Below are positions 1 to 11,954 of a stretch of 64,000 nt of DNA, piece after piece. Each line of letters opens with the position of its first letter. The stretch's first letter is position 1. The DNA comes from Verrucomicrobiota bacterium (GTDB taxonomy: Bacteria > Verrucomicrobiota > Verrucomicrobiia > Opitutales > Coraliomargaritaceae): positions 32,001 through 96,000 of the forward strand of contig JBCBZJ010000009.1 of NCBI GenBank assembly GCA_039815375.1, written 5' to 3'. A program made the position numbers and the translations under genes. A model generated the notes under the pieces. That model saw only the letters and a list, made by a program, of their open reading frames with translations, searched no databases and had not been told where the DNA came from.

Positions 1-915
1 TTCGGCGGCGATTGCTTGACCAATGGTGCTGCAGCTATTTCGGTTAATCTCAAGATCAACCCGGTGGTCGTCGGTCTGACTATCGTATCGATTGCCACAT
101 CCATGCCGGAGTTGGTAACTTCATTGCTTGCAGCCGAAGAAAGTCCCGGACTCGCCGTGGGTAACATTCTCGGTAGCAACGTCGCCAATATTGGTTTAAT
201 TCTGGGAATCACAGCTCTTATTACACCACTCAGTATTCAGATGCGGCTTGTCCGCCGCGAGGTTCCCATTCTCTTAGTTGTTACGGCTCTCTTTATCTTT
301 TTTGCATTTAAGGGCTTTTCTAGAGTGGAGGGACTCATTCTGCTGCTCCTCACGCTTGCCTATCTCGTCTATGTAGTTCTGGGCTCAAAATCGGCACCGG
401 AATCCGTTTCCCGGGAGATTGTCGAAGAAATCAATCAAGCTTCTCGTAAATCCAATGTAGTGGCTGGCCTTCTTGTATTGGCGGGTGGCATTCTGCTCGC
501 GTTGGGGGCGGAAACTCTTGTTGGCAGCTCCGTTGAAATTGCCAGCCGCCTCGGGGTAAGTGATGTCTTAATTGGTCTGACCATCGTGGCCATTGGCACA
601 AGTCTGCCCGAGCTGGCTGCTTCGGTTGCCGCCGCAAGGTCCGGGCACAGCGATATTTGCGCAGGTAATATCGTCGGCTCGAATCTCTTTAATCTTCTAC
701 TAATCGGTGGCAGCGTGGCGACTTTTGTTCCCATTCCGGTCGACACTGCTCTCTTCCGATTCGAGTTCCCTGCCGTCTTTTTTCTGACAGCCCTGCTATT
801 ATGGTTCTTTAAGACCGGTCATATTGTCAGCCGTAAGGAAGGTGTGATCTTGCTTTTCCTTTACGTGACGATTCTTACCTTTTCCGCACTTCTGCAACTT
901 GGTTATCTTTTCTAG
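1..915 (+). CDS. K+-dependent Na+/Ca2+ exchanger family (YrbG-like) antiporter, 5'-truncated by the window edge
   Basis: Two alpha-repeats (ATSMPE...GNILGSN; GTSLPE...GNIVGSN) and many TM helices; the frame is open from base 1. Confidence 0.9.
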   Translation, partial: FGGDCLTNGAAAISVNLKINPVVVGLTIVSIATSMPELVTSLLAAEESPGLAVGNILGSNVANIGLILGITALITPLSIQMRLVRREVPILLVVTALFIFFAFKGFSRVEGLILLLLTLAYLVYVVLGSKSAPESVSREIVEEINQASRKSNVVAGLLVLAGGILLALGAETLVGSSVEIASRLGVSDVLIGLTIVAIGTSLPELAASVAAARSGHSDICAGNIVGSNLFNLLLIGGSVATFVPIPVDTALFRFEFPAVFFLTALLLWFFKTGHIVSRKEGVILLFLYVTILTFSALLQLGYLF

Positions 916-922
916 TTTTATC

Positions 923-2500
923 ATGTCCGATACATACAAGCCTGTCGTTCTCATCATCCGCGATGGATGGGGTGAAAACCACGATTCGTCCTATGACGAG
1001 TATAATGCTGTCAAGCTAGCCAATACACCGGTTGCTGACAGACTCACTGCCAAGTATCCACGCACGGAAATCGAAGCTTCCGGTTTAGCTGTCGGTTTGC
1101 CGGAAGGCATCATGGGTAATTCTGAAGTAGGGCATCAGAACATAGGTGCCGGCCGTGTCGTCGATCAGGAGATCGTGCGGATCAATAAGGGTATCGCAAC
1201 TGGCTCGGTCAAGAAGAGTCCTCAGCTTAAGGCAGCCTTCGCCAATGTGCGGGAGAAAGGCTCTGCACTTCATTTTATGGGCCTTGTCTCCGACGCCGGT
1301 GTGCACTCCATGCTGGATCACCTCTATGGCTTGCTTGCGATTGCTAAGGAAGAGGGGGTCGAAAAGGTTTACCTCCATGCCTTTACTGATGGCCGTGACA
1401 CGGGTCCATTCACCGGCAAAGGCTTTATTGAACAGGCCGAAGCGAAAATGGCCGAAATCGGCATCGGCCAGATTGCATCCGTTGCTGGACGCTACTGGGC
1501 AATGGATCGCGACAATCGCTGGGACCGCGTGCAGCGTGCCTACGACTGCCTTACTGGACGCAAGGTCGAGAAGTCATTCTCGTCTGCTGCTGAAGCCATC
1601 CAGGCCCAATATGATACTCCGGAAACTGATGGAACCAAGGGCGATGAGTTCTGCCCGCCGTCCGCAGTGGTCGATGCTGAAGGCAGCCCTGTGGCGACCA
1701 TCCAAAGCGGTGATTCGGTGCTTTTCTTTAACTTTCGTGGCGACCGACCACGTGAGTTGACCCGTGCATTCATTCAGGATGACTTTGACGGTTTTGACCG
1801 TGGTGAAAAACTCGACCTTTTCTTCGCGACTTTGAGCGAATACCAGAAGGGCCTCTGTCCGAACATTATCTTTCAAAAACCACCGAAGATGGATGGCATT
1901 CTTGGAGCTCACGTATCCGAAGAAGGAATACCGCAGTTCCGTTGTGCCGAGACCGAAAAGTTCCCGCATGTCACCTTCTTCTTCAATGACTATCGCGAAG
2001 AGCCATTCCCCGGTGAAGATCGTGAGCTCATTCCTAGCCGCAAGGACTGCGCGACTTACGACGAAAAACCGGAGATGTCAGCCTATGGTATCCGCGATGC
2101 ATCTGTCGAAGCGATCAGATCAGGTAAGTATGGTCTCGTGGTAATCAACTTTGCGAATCCGGATATGGTTGGCCATACTGGAGTGGTGCAGGCTTGTATT
2201 AAAGCCTGTGAAGTGGTCGACGGATGTGTTGGCGACTTGCTTGCTGCGATCGACGAAGTTGGTGGCTCCGCCGTCATCACTGCCGACCATGGTAATTCAG
2301 ACCAGCTTTGGAACAATACTACTGACGGTCCCCACACGGCACACACCCTAAATCCTGTTGAAGTCGTTGTTTATAGCGAGGCGCACCAAGGTGTGAAGCT
2401 TGCCGAAGGGGGTGCATTAGGTGACATTGCTCCGACCATTCTTCAGCTTATGGGCCTCGAACAACCTGCTGCCATGACTGGCAAGAGCTTAGTGGTCTAG
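923..2500 (+). CDS. gpmI: 2,3-bisphosphoglycerate-independent phosphoglycerate mutase
   Basis: Motifs [54 protein letters not shown] at 923. Confidence 0.97.
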   Translation: MSDTYKPVVLIIRDGWGENHDSSYDEYNAVKLANTPVADRLTAKYPRTEIEASGLAVGLPEGIMGNSEVGHQNIGAGRVVDQEIVRINKGIATGSVKKSPQLKAAFANVREKGSALHFMGLVSDAGVHSMLDHLYGLLAIAKEEGVEKVYLHAFTDGRDTGPFTGKGFIEQAEAKMAEIGIGQIASVAGRYWAMDRDNRWDRVQRAYDCLTGRKVEKSFSSAAEAIQAQYDTPETDGTKGDEFCPPSAVVDAEGSPVATIQSGDSVLFFNFRGDRPRELTRAFIQDDFDGFDRGEKLDLFFATLSEYQKGLCPNIIFQKPPKMDGILGAHVSEEGIPQFRCAETEKFPHVTFFFNDYREEPFPGEDRELIPSRKDCATYDEKPEMSAYGIRDASVEAIRSGKYGLVVINFANPDMVGHTGVVQACIKACEVVDGCVGDLLAAIDEVGGSAVITADHGNSDQLWNNTTDGPHTAHTLNPVEVVVYSEAHQGVKLAEGGALGDIAPTILQLMGLEQPAAMTGKSLVV

Positions 2501-2669
2501 TCGAGCTGTCCTTTTTTGTGTTTCAGGTGAAACCGGAGTTTTAAGATCCCCAGTGGATTGCCTGTCAGGCTGGCGGTCATCCATCTTGATACTCTCTCCA
2601 GGCCTTCGGCTGGATTTGGATGGACCCTATTATAGGTCTGGTCGGCGCTCGGAGCCGGGTAGGGTTGTA

Positions 2670-3332
2670 TCAGTGTCGTCTTCTACGGCTCAGGGCGGCC
2701 GAGCTCAGGGCGATGAATCCCACAATGAGAGAATACAGGCTGGGTTCGGGGATTGGCGTGTTGATCCTGAATTGGACAAGATTTTCACCGCCTGCAGTTC
2801 CAATGACTCTCCACAGATCAATTTCCGTGTTCGTGGCGTGATGGTCGAGTCCGAGTGTTTCGAAATTCTGATTCGCAAAGAGCTCGGTCACTCCTTCGAG
2901 GTCACCCCCCGCTTCCGCACTCAGTTCGCTGAAATCGGGGGAATCATCGATACTGATCGAAAACACGGTTTCTTCGATAAAGAGTTCGTCGGAGGCAATC
3001 GTGATTCCACTATAGGTTCCTCCGGGAGAAATGGTTTTTGTCGAGAAATCATCCAATAGCAAATCTTCACCATCATAGCGTTCATATCCAAATGATCGAA
3101 TGAAGTCCGAACCACTGGGGCCAAATCGATTCAGTGTTCGAGTGGTAAATGCATTTATCGAAACGTCACCTGCAAAGGAGTCTGCAAGGTCGACCGAACC
3201 TGAATACGATAAAATCACATCATTTCCGACCTGATCAAATTCAATGATTAACACTCCTTTAGAACTCATTGGAATGAGAGTTAAAATAAGAAAGCTGATC
3301 AGTTTTCTGATCCTTACAGTTTGGTTTTTCAT
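2670..3332 (-). CDS. PEP-CTERM sorting domain surface protein
   Basis: Signal-peptide-like N-terminus; C-terminal IPEPS + TM helix + RRRRH; start chosen at MKNQT. Confidence 0.85.
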   Translation of the reverse strand: MKNQTVRIRKLISFLILTLIPMSSKGVLIIEFDQVGNDVILSYSGSVDLADSFAGDVSINAFTTRTLNRFGPSGSDFIRSFGYERYDGEDLLLDDFSTKTISPGGTYSGITIASDELFIEETVFSISIDDSPDFSELSAEAGGDLEGVTELFANQNFETLGLDHHATNTEIDLWRVIGTAGGENLVQFRINTPIPEPSLYSLIVGFIALSSAALSRRRRH

Positions 3333-4074
3333 GTGATTGGATGATTGTCGGTTCTCTAGTTTAAGTCCTTCACGAAAATTCAAAAATTGAGCGGAAGAAC
3401 GTTTCGGAGGCTACCTTATCAAACTTGGATTAATGGATTGTTAATGTTTCGACGGACTCGAATAATAAAAAACCATTTTAATGTAGAGCTGAGTCTGGCT
3501 CACCGTGTGATTCCCGAATCGTTTTCTCCCGCTTCTGTTACCCAGAATCGGACTCCATTTATAACTTGTTAGCAAGGCACCCGAGTCCAATGTGATCGTC
3601 GCGTCCAGATTCTCAGCGGCTCTATTGACTTCGCTTCGACTCAGCGGAGCATTGAGTGCAGAAGCAGCGTCATTCTCCAACAGATTATCCGAGACGGTTT
3701 CTTTCTTAAAGCATGAAAAGGAATCGGAAATGATGCCGCAGAATTGACCAACCTGCATGTTTGGCAGATCGGCCCTGGCATCTTCAGTGTGATCATGGTG
3801 ATCCGCACCGCAGAGATGTATTCTGTTGATTTCTACAAAGCGGAACCCGATAAAGAAACATTCTCACATCTTACTCTGGAGTTGGATATGGTAGACGAGA
3901 CCTAGTGCAGGCGATTAACAAACTATATAGGTTTTAGCTAGAGCTTTGGATTTTTGTGCCTCTAATTTGGAAGCCGTTCAATCCATCTAAACCGGATTAC
4001 CAGACGATAGATCATCAGCCTTTAATCAGGATTGCTAAGATGGGTGAATCTGTTTTAAGTTATTTCTTTAAATT

Positions 4075-6609
4075 ATGCGCTGCCTGCAAACTTCCCGTCT
4101 ACTTGTGGCTGGCATACTTTGCCTTAGCCAAACCTCACACGCTGAAGAGATCGTAAGCTCTATTTCGCAGGCGCCTGTCCCGTTCAATGAACTTGGCCCT
4201 GCGATTACTTTGAGCGACTCTGAGATCGAATCAATGACGGCTGCTCCTGGTCTTAAAAAGTTCAGCCCAAGTATCTCACCAAGGACGAGCAGCACCGTCG
4301 CCACATCCGGATTTACGATCAACCGGATGAATCGTAATGCAGTCGCTGCGGGCTATCAGCGCTACTATCTGGCTTCGGTGGACTTTGAATCAGTCACCGC
4401 CTGGACAGGTAGTGCGAGCCCCTGTAATGCGGGCACTGTCTCCTCCACCTTTCAGGACCATACGCTCAGGCGGATTAACTACTATCGCGCGCAGGCAGGG
4501 GTTCTTGCGGATATCTTCTTCACCACGGAGAAAAATGAGAAATCGCAAGAGGCTGCTCTTATGATGGCGGCTAACAACGACCTAAGCCACACTCCTCCGA
4601 CCTCGTGGCTATGCTACACTCAGGACGGTTTCGATGCTGCTTTTGCAGGGAATCTGGCCCTGGGATCCTATGGCCCCGAATCAATCGATCAGCTCATTGA
4701 GGACGACGGGAGTAACAATGCAGCGGTTGGGCACCGGCGCTGGTTTCTATTTTTACAAGCACAGGAAATGGGTAATGGATCCATTCCTTCAAGTGGCACA
4801 TTCCCTTACACCTACCCCGAACACCCGGATACTGATGTCGTCTGGGTGATTGGCGATTTCAAGGGAGCTCAGCCTGCGCAAGCAGTGGCGTGGCCCAACG
4901 ACGGCTATGTGCCATGGAATTTGGTCCCCAATGATGGAGAGAGCTTCCCCAGATGGTCTTATTCCTATCCTGGAGCAGACTTTTCAAGCGCTTCCGTCAC
5001 TATGACACTTGGTGGTAGCAATGTACCCGTAACACTTGAGCCGGTCACAACCGGCGCGGGGGACAATACGATCGTCTGGATTCCCTCTTCCGTGCCAAAT
5101 GTCACCCCAAGTTCTGATCAGACCTACCAAATCAATATTAGTGGGATAAGTGGACCGATTTCGTCTGCCAACTATTCCGTTACCTTGATCAACCCCAATA
5201 CGGTGAACGACCTTCCGGTAATCACCGGAACAAAAAGCCCTCCTGCAGGTGTCGCCACAACCTATCAATTTTCCTCTACCGATCAGGCTGAGGGCTACAC
5301 GCTAACTACATTTGAAGCCGCATCATCGGTTTGGACGGAAGGCGCGGAAGCCTCTCCGGTTCCAAATGTCGTTGATGATACAGATGCTTCTTACGACTTA
5401 TTAAGCAGCGCACAAAGCGCTACGGGGAGCCAATCATTTCACCTTGCGACGCCGGATTTTAATGAAGATCGCTTCTCGATTGACCGTCTAGTCGTACCTG
5501 ATTCGAGCAGTTCGATTACATTTAAATACCGGCGCCTCTTCATGCATCCCGATACGAAGCTGAGAGTTGAGCTTTCTGTCGATGAAGGTAGCTCATTTAC
5601 AACAGTGGAAACAATCGACGGTGGAAGCTCCTCGGTTAGTTCAGTCGATTGGGACCCCGGGTTTATCAACGCATCGATCGATGTCCCTGCAGACTTCGAG
5701 AATAAGACCATCACATTGAGATTCAGCATCGATCCGACAGGTGCAACGTTCCTTGGAAGCGATAACAATATAGGAGTCTATATCGACGACGTCTCCATTT
5801 CGAACACGACTGAACTCTCCAACCCATCGACACAGACGCTTGCCGCAGCCGCGACTTCATTTGATTTCACTCCCGGCAGTGTGGGCCAAAGTTACCGTCT
5901 CGTTCTACAGCCAGAGCTTGGAGGAAATCTTTTCGAATTCGGTCCCGGCTTGGACATTCAAGCGGTTTCTGCGCCTCCAGCACCTTCGATTAGCAGCTCA
6001 AGTACAGCGCAGGGTGTTCAGGGTGAAATATTTTCCTACATGATCACCGCTTCCGAAAACCCCACATCCTTTAATGCAACGGGTCTTCCGGCGGGCGCAT
6101 CGATCAATACCAGTACCGGTGAGATTACCGGAACGATTGCGGTCGGCGTGCACTCGGGAATCACGATATCAGCCACAAATGGCGGCGGGACAGACGATGC
6201 ACTACTCACGATTACTGTTCTTTCAGGTTACGACAACGCAGTGCAAAACCTCTATCCAGGCCTCGGCGCTTCATCTGCTGATGATGATGGCGACGGAGAC
6301 ACGAACCTGGAGGAGATCGCAATTCTTGGGCGGAATCCTCTGGTTTCAGACGCCAATGGCACATCGCAAATCTCCGCGTCAATTACGGCCCCCAATTTCT
6401 TCTTCACAATTATGAAATCGGGCATTGCCGGCATCGACTACCAAGCTGTCGGGAAGTCTTCACTTACCGATCCAACATGGACGACCAATGGCATTATCAT
6501 TCAGACGGATAACGCCTCAGAGCTTACAGTCTCCTACTCAACCACGGGCCAGAATAGCCATTTCCTGAGGTTCGAAATCACGCAAAACAACACCACCACT
6601 GCAGAATAA
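4075..6609 (+). CDS. Secreted CAP/SCP-domain protein with beta-sandwich/Ig-like domains
   Basis: Signal peptide; CAP motifs RINYYRAQAG, LSH, GHRRW; putative Ig repeat FNATGLPAGASINTSTGEITGT; C-terminal DDDGDGDTNLEE...FLRFEI tail. Confidence 0.8.
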   Translation: MRCLQTSRLLVAGILCLSQTSHAEEIVSSISQAPVPFNELGPAITLSDSEIESMTAAPGLKKFSPSISPRTSSTVATSGFTINRMNRNAVAAGYQRYYLASVDFESVTAWTGSASPCNAGTVSSTFQDHTLRRINYYRAQAGVLADIFFTTEKNEKSQEAALMMAANNDLSHTPPTSWLCYTQDGFDAAFAGNLALGSYGPESIDQLIEDDGSNNAAVGHRRWFLFLQAQEMGNGSIPSSGTFPYTYPEHPDTDVVWVIGDFKGAQPAQAVAWPNDGYVPWNLVPNDGESFPRWSYSYPGADFSSASVTMTLGGSNVPVTLEPVTTGAGDNTIVWIPSSVPNVTPSSDQTYQINISGISGPISSANYSVTLINPNTVNDLPVITGTKSPPAGVATTYQFSSTDQAEGYTLTTFEAASSVWTEGAEASPVPNVVDDTDASYDLLSSAQSATGSQSFHLATPDFNEDRFSIDRLVVPDSSSSITFKYRRLFMHPDTKLRVELSVDEGSSFTTVETIDGGSSSVSSVDWDPGFINASIDVPADFENKTITLRFSIDPTGATFLGSDNNIGVYIDDVSISNTTELSNPSTQTLAAAATSFDFTPGSVGQSYRLVLQPELGGNLFEFGPGLDIQAVSAPPAPSISSSSTAQGVQGEIFSYMITASENPTSFNATGLPAGASINTSTGEITGTIAVGVHSGITISATNGGGTDDALLTITVLSGYDNAVQNLYPGLGASSADDDGDGDTNLEEIAILGRNPLVSDANGTSQISASITAPNFFFTIMKSGIAGIDYQAVGKSSLTDPTWTTNGIIIQTDNASELTVSYSTTGQNSHFLRFEITQNNTTTAE

Positions 6610-6726
6610 GCGAATTTCGGTCTGTATCCAATACCATGGGTTAACTTTTTACCGGCAGTAAGAAAGCTGCGCTTTGGCTTTAATCCGATGACGGGGGAAC
6701 GGATCGAAATTCATAAACTCAAGTGA

Positions 6727-6936
6727 ACATCCGCACCCAAGCGATCGACATCCATAACTCCACAACAAAGAAATTGGTCTGCCGTAAAGAAACGCATCGC
6801 TCAGCTGAATGACCAAGAACTTTTGAAGCTCATTGGCGAGCTCTACAAACTCGCACCCGAGAACAAACGATTTATAGACAATTTTTTGCACCACCTCCTC
6901 GAATGCCGCAGGATTGAGTTTCTTGCTAGAAAATAG
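6727..6936 (+). pseudogene. Start-less remnant of a conserved hypothetical helical protein
   Basis: Open frame reading WSAVKKRIAQLNDQELLKLIGELYKLAPENKRFIDNFL is protein-like, but there is no canonical start after TGA 6724. Confidence 0.3.
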
Positions 6937-7163
6937 CCTACTTATCTGGCTTGAAAATACGAAGTAACGGACAACTGCATCTAGCTACATGAAGAAAGGG
7001 ATAGACCAACACGCAGTCGTTCCTCACGTGAAAGAAAAATTACTTAACGAGATGATACTAATCCTTCGAAAGGTCGTGCTCTTTTCGTAAAAATGCTGTC
7101 AAATCCGAAGTGAGTCAAAAATCAAACTCGCTAAATAAAAGTTAGACATGTGATTTTTTTCTT

Positions 7164-8099
7164 ATGATCAGAATTATAGGAATGTCATGCCTAATTTACT
7201 CATCCGTTAGTTTTGCAAACGTGCAAATGCTGACTTTAAACACTGACGGGAGTGTTGCAGCTGATCGGGAAAATGTGGATACTCACACTTATGTACAGAC
7301 ACTCTTCCCTGGTGCATCCGAACCAGAAGAACGCTGGGCCTCACTGCTGACTTCAAGTTACATTTTTGGTAGTGCCAACACAACAACCAGGGGCATCGAT
7401 CTAATAGGCGTCATGGGAGGATTTTCTGCATTAACAATCTACGATACAGGTACGCCGACAACACTATATACGAGTCCTTATTTCTCACCTACAAACTTCT
7501 CAGTTTCTGCGGGACCAGGAACAATATGGGCAACCGACATAGTTAACGGCCCTTACATGGGTACGTCTTTGATCAATAATCCGGATATTGTCGCGATGGA
7601 TGTTTCTAAGGTCATTTTGTATGATTCTGTGACAGATAACCTATATGCATACAATCGTGAGGATCGATTCGCTGCTAATAATGGTTCACTCTTACTATGG
7701 ACCTTTGGGGATTTTGATAATAGTGGTGATTTGGATAATACGTTCACGAATGGCCCTTTAGCGAATCAGAACATCAGTAATCAAATCTCAAACCTAATAG
7801 CAGTTGACAATAATTTGTATTTTATTGACGGGGATAATACCGTCCATGCTTATGATCAGGATTTGGATTTTGTTGAAACCAGCACAATCACTTTGAGTGG
7901 TGATCTTGCGGGGGAGACGCTAAGCGATCTGGTCGATGGATTGGTCGACGGCTACACCTACTTGGGTTGGGATTTAGGTGGCATTGGAGTGTTGGGAATC
8001 AGTGATCCCAGAGTGGTCCCGGAACCATCAAGCTATGCTCTGCTTATTGGAATTGTATCGTTTTCTTTGAGCTATTTCCGCCGCCGTCGTCGTCAGTAA
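7164..8099 (+). CDS. PEP-CTERM sorting domain surface protein
   Basis: Signal peptide (…VSFA); C-terminal VPEPSSYALLIGIVSFSLSYFRRRRRQ; visibly AT-richer than neighbours. Confidence 0.88.
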   Translation: MIRIIGMSCLIYSSVSFANVQMLTLNTDGSVAADRENVDTHTYVQTLFPGASEPEERWASLLTSSYIFGSANTTTRGIDLIGVMGGFSALTIYDTGTPTTLYTSPYFSPTNFSVSAGPGTIWATDIVNGPYMGTSLINNPDIVAMDVSKVILYDSVTDNLYAYNREDRFAANNGSLLLWTFGDFDNSGDLDNTFTNGPLANQNISNQISNLIAVDNNLYFIDGDNTVHAYDQDLDFVETSTITLSGDLAGETLSDLVDGLVDGYTYLGWDLGGIGVLGISDPRVVPEPSSYALLIGIVSFSLSYFRRRRRQ

Positions 8100-8261
8100 A
8101 TACGCGGACTATCAGTCACTCTACCGACAGGAACAAATCTACAAGCAGCGTTATGGTTTGGAGATACCGCGGCAAACACTATGCCGCTGGAAAACTCTAG
8201 ATGCGAATACTCTGGAGACGCTTTACAAGCTCTTACGCAAGCAGCAATAAAGTCATCTCTA

Positions 8262-8360
8262 CCCACCGCCCCCTGAAAACAGTCCCTGATTGAATGAGAG
8301 GTCTGATTGTTTAAAAATCGAACAGAATCATGGCAAAGAGAAAGCACCACAGGCGAAGAG
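8262..8360 (+). mobile_element. Possible degenerate IS3-family left end with the start of orfA
   Basis: CCGCCCCCTGAAAACAGTCC resembles an IS3-type IRL; followed by ATG 8330 MAKRKH…, which breaks down immediately. Confidence 0.35.
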
Positions 8361-8399
8361 AGCTAATTCTTGAGTTTTAAAGCCGGGTAAAAATAATAC

Positions 8400-8910
8400 T
8401 GCCTGAGCTCACTTTTTTGGCCCACTTATTGTGATAGGTTTCCAAGCGGTGGATTCTTGGTATTTACTTGTGGTTTAGGTTGCGGTGGATCGCCTCTCTG
8501 GCGGAGGGAAGGCGTAGCCCGACCGAGGCCAGAGAGGCAGATAAGTTGCCTGACATACGCTTTTGGAGTGAGCAAGCCCAGAGAGCGATGCGGTCTTTCG
8601 TAGTTATGTAGATGCCGATAATGGCAAAGATGACGTAGGATTCACTGAGCGTGTAGATGAGCTCCCGGTTCAGGCACTCGCGGCGGAACGTATCGTTAAA
8701 GCTTTCCACATATCCGTTCTGCCAGTGACAGCCAGAATTGATGTAGATGCTCTTAATGCCCTTTTCTCTGAGCCATTGCTGGATCGCTAGATCAATAAAC
8801 TCGTGTCCATTGACCGAGCGGATATACTCGGGTGCGCCATGTTCCTCAATCGCTTTGATCGCTCGGTCGGAGTGGATGCAGTGGTATTCTTTGGTAAACC
8901 CATCGATCAT
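8400..8910 (-). mobile_element. IS3-family transposase (OrfB integrase core) remnant with right terminal inverted repeat
   Basis: APEYIRSVNGHEF (degenerate SDNG) and WQNGYVESFNDTFRRECLN; frameshifted 3' end; IR-like TGCCTGAGCTCACTTTTTTGGCCCAC at 8400-8425. Confidence 0.8.
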
Positions 8911-9030
8911 GTTATTGCAATCAGGTCCTATTCAAGTGAATGGCATATTACTCCGTTTCTGCAACGGGCTTGCATTACCTCACCATTTTATCGATTTCTT
9001 TGTTATTACTTAATAAGATTAAGTATCATA

Positions 9031-11748
9031 ATGAAAAGCCGAAGAATAATACTAGTGGGTTGGGATGGTGCAGACTGGAAAGTTGCGCACCCGCTGATGG
9101 ATTCCGGAGAAATGCCGCAACTCAATAATATCGTCGAAAACGGGACGATGGGCAATCTTGCGAGCTTTCCGCCTTACCTTTCGCCGATGCTATGGAATAC
9201 CATTAGTACGGGTAAACACCCGCACAAACATGGGATATGTGGTTTTTCGGAAGTCGATGAAGCCAGCGGCAAGGTGCGCGCAATTTCCAGCCAAACACGC
9301 AAATGCAAGGCGATTTGGAATATCCTCACAGAGCAAGGGCGCAACTGTCACGTTCTCGGTTGGTTTGCCTCGCATCCTGCCGAGGCAATCAATGGAACTT
9401 GTGTCTCCGAAGCGTTCGCCCGGCCTAGCGGAAAAATCGGTGGTGACTGGCCCGTCCCTAAGGCCTCTGTTTATCCATCCGGAGAGGCGGAGGAGTTGGG
9501 TGAACTTCGAGTCGCACCCGAAGCCGTCGACCATGCGCTATTGGATTTTCTAGTGCCCCTTCACCGCGAAATTAAGCCACCCAAAGGGGCACGTGTCGAT
9601 CAGCTCCTTGTTCGCTTGGCCGAGCTTTACACCATTCATAATGCGGCAATAGGCATTCTTCAGTGCAATAAGGATTTCGATTTCCTCGGCGTTTACTACC
9701 ATTTCATTGACTGGATATGCCACGACTTCATGGAGTTCCATCCACCACGGCGCGATCATGTCGATGAAGAGCTTTATAAATGGTTCAATAATGTAGTGGC
9801 GCGCGCTTACCAGCTCCAGGATCTTCTTCTGCGCGATTTACTCAGCCATGCCGGATCTGAAGTTGCTGTGATGGTTGTTTCCGACCATGGCTTTCATAGC
9901 GACCATTTGCGCCCGGTGGTTACCCCCAATGTTGCTGCCGGTATCGCTGCCTGGCACAGGCCCTATGGTATTCTTGCTTCCGCTGGACCTGGTATCCGCC
10001 GCGACGCAGTCGTTCCGGGGGCGAGTTTGGCGGACATTACTCCGAGTATACTGCATTATCTGGGTTTGCCGGTCGGCCGCGATATGGATGGTCGTGTGCT
10101 CACGGAACTTTTCTCCGAACGTTATGAGCCGGACTATATCGATAGCTGGGAAACCCATCCGCCTGCTGGGCCGCTTCCTCCTGCCCTGGAAGAGTCCTGG
10201 GGTGAAGATGATGAAGCTGCTCTGCTAAAGCAATTTGAGGCACTCGGTTATGTCGATGTTGAATCGGTGCGAGGCGCCACGGCTACAGAGCAGACATCCA
10301 GTCAGAACGCCTGGAATCTTGGCGTTGCCCTGCGTTCTGCGCGGCTTGAAGCGGAGGCGCTGCCTTATTTGGAAGAAGCCTATTTCCATGCCCCTGAACA
10401 GGCACATCTGGCGAACCAGCTAGCTCATTGCCAACTCTCTCTAGGACTTCTGGATGCTGCCGAAGAAACGATCCAGACGATTCTCGACTATGGTGATGAT
10501 CGTCCTCGTGCAAATCTGCTGATGGCGAGTGTTGAGCATCAACGTGGTAATCTAAAAGCTGCCTGGGAACGGCTTGAGCGAGCGGAAAGCCTTGAGGAGG
10601 GGCGTGGGCTGCTAATGCTTCGGCGTGGCAGTGTGTTGATTTCCCTGGAAGAATTTCCCCGTGCTTTGTAGGCCTTTGACCGTGCTTTGGAATTCAATCC
10701 CGATGAGCCTCGATCGCATCTTGGCCGTGCTCAAACACTATTGCATCTCAATCGCCTCGATGAAGCCAGCGAAGCTGCCTGGCAGGCCATTGCGCTGGAG
10801 TACGATATGATTCAAGCGTATCTAGTCTTGGCCGTGATCAGCGAGGAACGGAAGGACTGGCCTAAAGCTCGGGAAAGCTATCAGCGGGCGCTGAAGATCG
10901 TTCCGAATGATACCCTGATTTTGCGCCGTCTGGCTGAAATCGCCGCCCATGACACACCCGGATACAAAGAAGATGATTTTATCCGGGAGCAGCACTTTCG
11001 TCATATGCTGCAGCAACAGCAATCAAAGACAGTTGAGCAAATCCAATGGCTGGAAAAAGCATCTGCCCGTCGCTTTGCCACCTGGAAAACTGCGCGGGAT
11101 GCCCGTCGCCATAAAAAAGAGCCGGTCAAGGTGCTTCGACCGAGCCAAGTCTCGGGACCGAGTTCCTCCGGCCGGACTTTTCTGATTGTTTCGGGGCTGC
11201 CCCGTTCGGGCACTTCGCTTATGATGAAGATGCTCCATGCGGGTGGTATCGAGCCCATGACCGACAGCCAGCGTCAAGCCGATGAGCATAATCCCGACGG
11301 CTACTTCGAATGGGAGGCGATCAAGCAACTCGCACAAAATCCCGACATCATTGAGCAGGCTGCAGGCAAGGCCGTTAAGGTAATCTCCCTGCTCCTGCCT
11401 TCGCTTCCTGCTAAACATCATTACAAGGTCATCTTCATGGATCGTCCGATCTCCGAGATTTCTCAGTCGCAGTCTGCAATGCTAGCCGCCGAAGGCCGGG
11501 AGCATCTTTCCATAGATGACACTTTACGGACCCTGACTGAGCATAAATCCATGATTGACCGGGTTATTGACAATTCACCGCAGTTTGAATGCTTGAGAAT
11601 AGATTATCGAGATCTGGTCCTGGGAGATGCTCAAGCTACGGTTTCCAGACTTGCTGCATTCATTGGGGAGGAACGCCTTCCCAATGCAAAAATGATGGCC
11701 TCCGTTGTGAAGCCCGAATTGTACCGAAAACGTCAGGTGGTCGATTAG
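9031..11748 (+). pseudogene. Alkaline-phosphatase-superfamily (phosphodiesterase/sulfatase-like) + TPR + sulfotransferase fusion, interrupted by in-frame TAG at 10669-10671
   Basis: ILVGWDGADW, PPYLSPMLW, VSDHGF, EALGYV; TPR repeats; SGLPRSGTSLMM PAPS-binding loop. ORFs 8803-10671 and 10687-11748 share one frame. May be intact in vivo if the stop is a sequence error. Confidence 0.8.
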
Positions 11749-11954
11749 AAGAGATTGTAAATTTCAATGTAGTTTCAGCTCGGTCAGGCCTAATCACTTT
11801 CGCGCTCTAACTATCAGGTCTTTCGGCAAAACGCTTGGAAAATTTTTAATTCATCGCATTAATTTTACCTTGACTAAAAACGTTAAGAATTCATCTCTGA
11901 AGTAGCTAATTAAATTTGAGTTAAACTAATCAATTTGCTACTTATAAAATTGCT

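Noticed and set aside
2553..3059. 168-aa + strand ORF
   Set aside because: Antisense shadow of the PEP-CTERM gene; no motifs
3441..3758. 105-aa - strand ORF
   Set aside because: No recognisable family or convincing start; possibly a decayed fragment
8803..9030. N-terminal extension of the phosphodiesterase ORF
   Set aside because: Overlaps the IS3 remnant; the domain begins at ATG 9031
10669..10671. Pyrrolysine or genome-wide TAG recoding
   Set aside because: TAG ends several normal genes here (e.g. gpmI, ACP, SDR) and no pyl genes are visible
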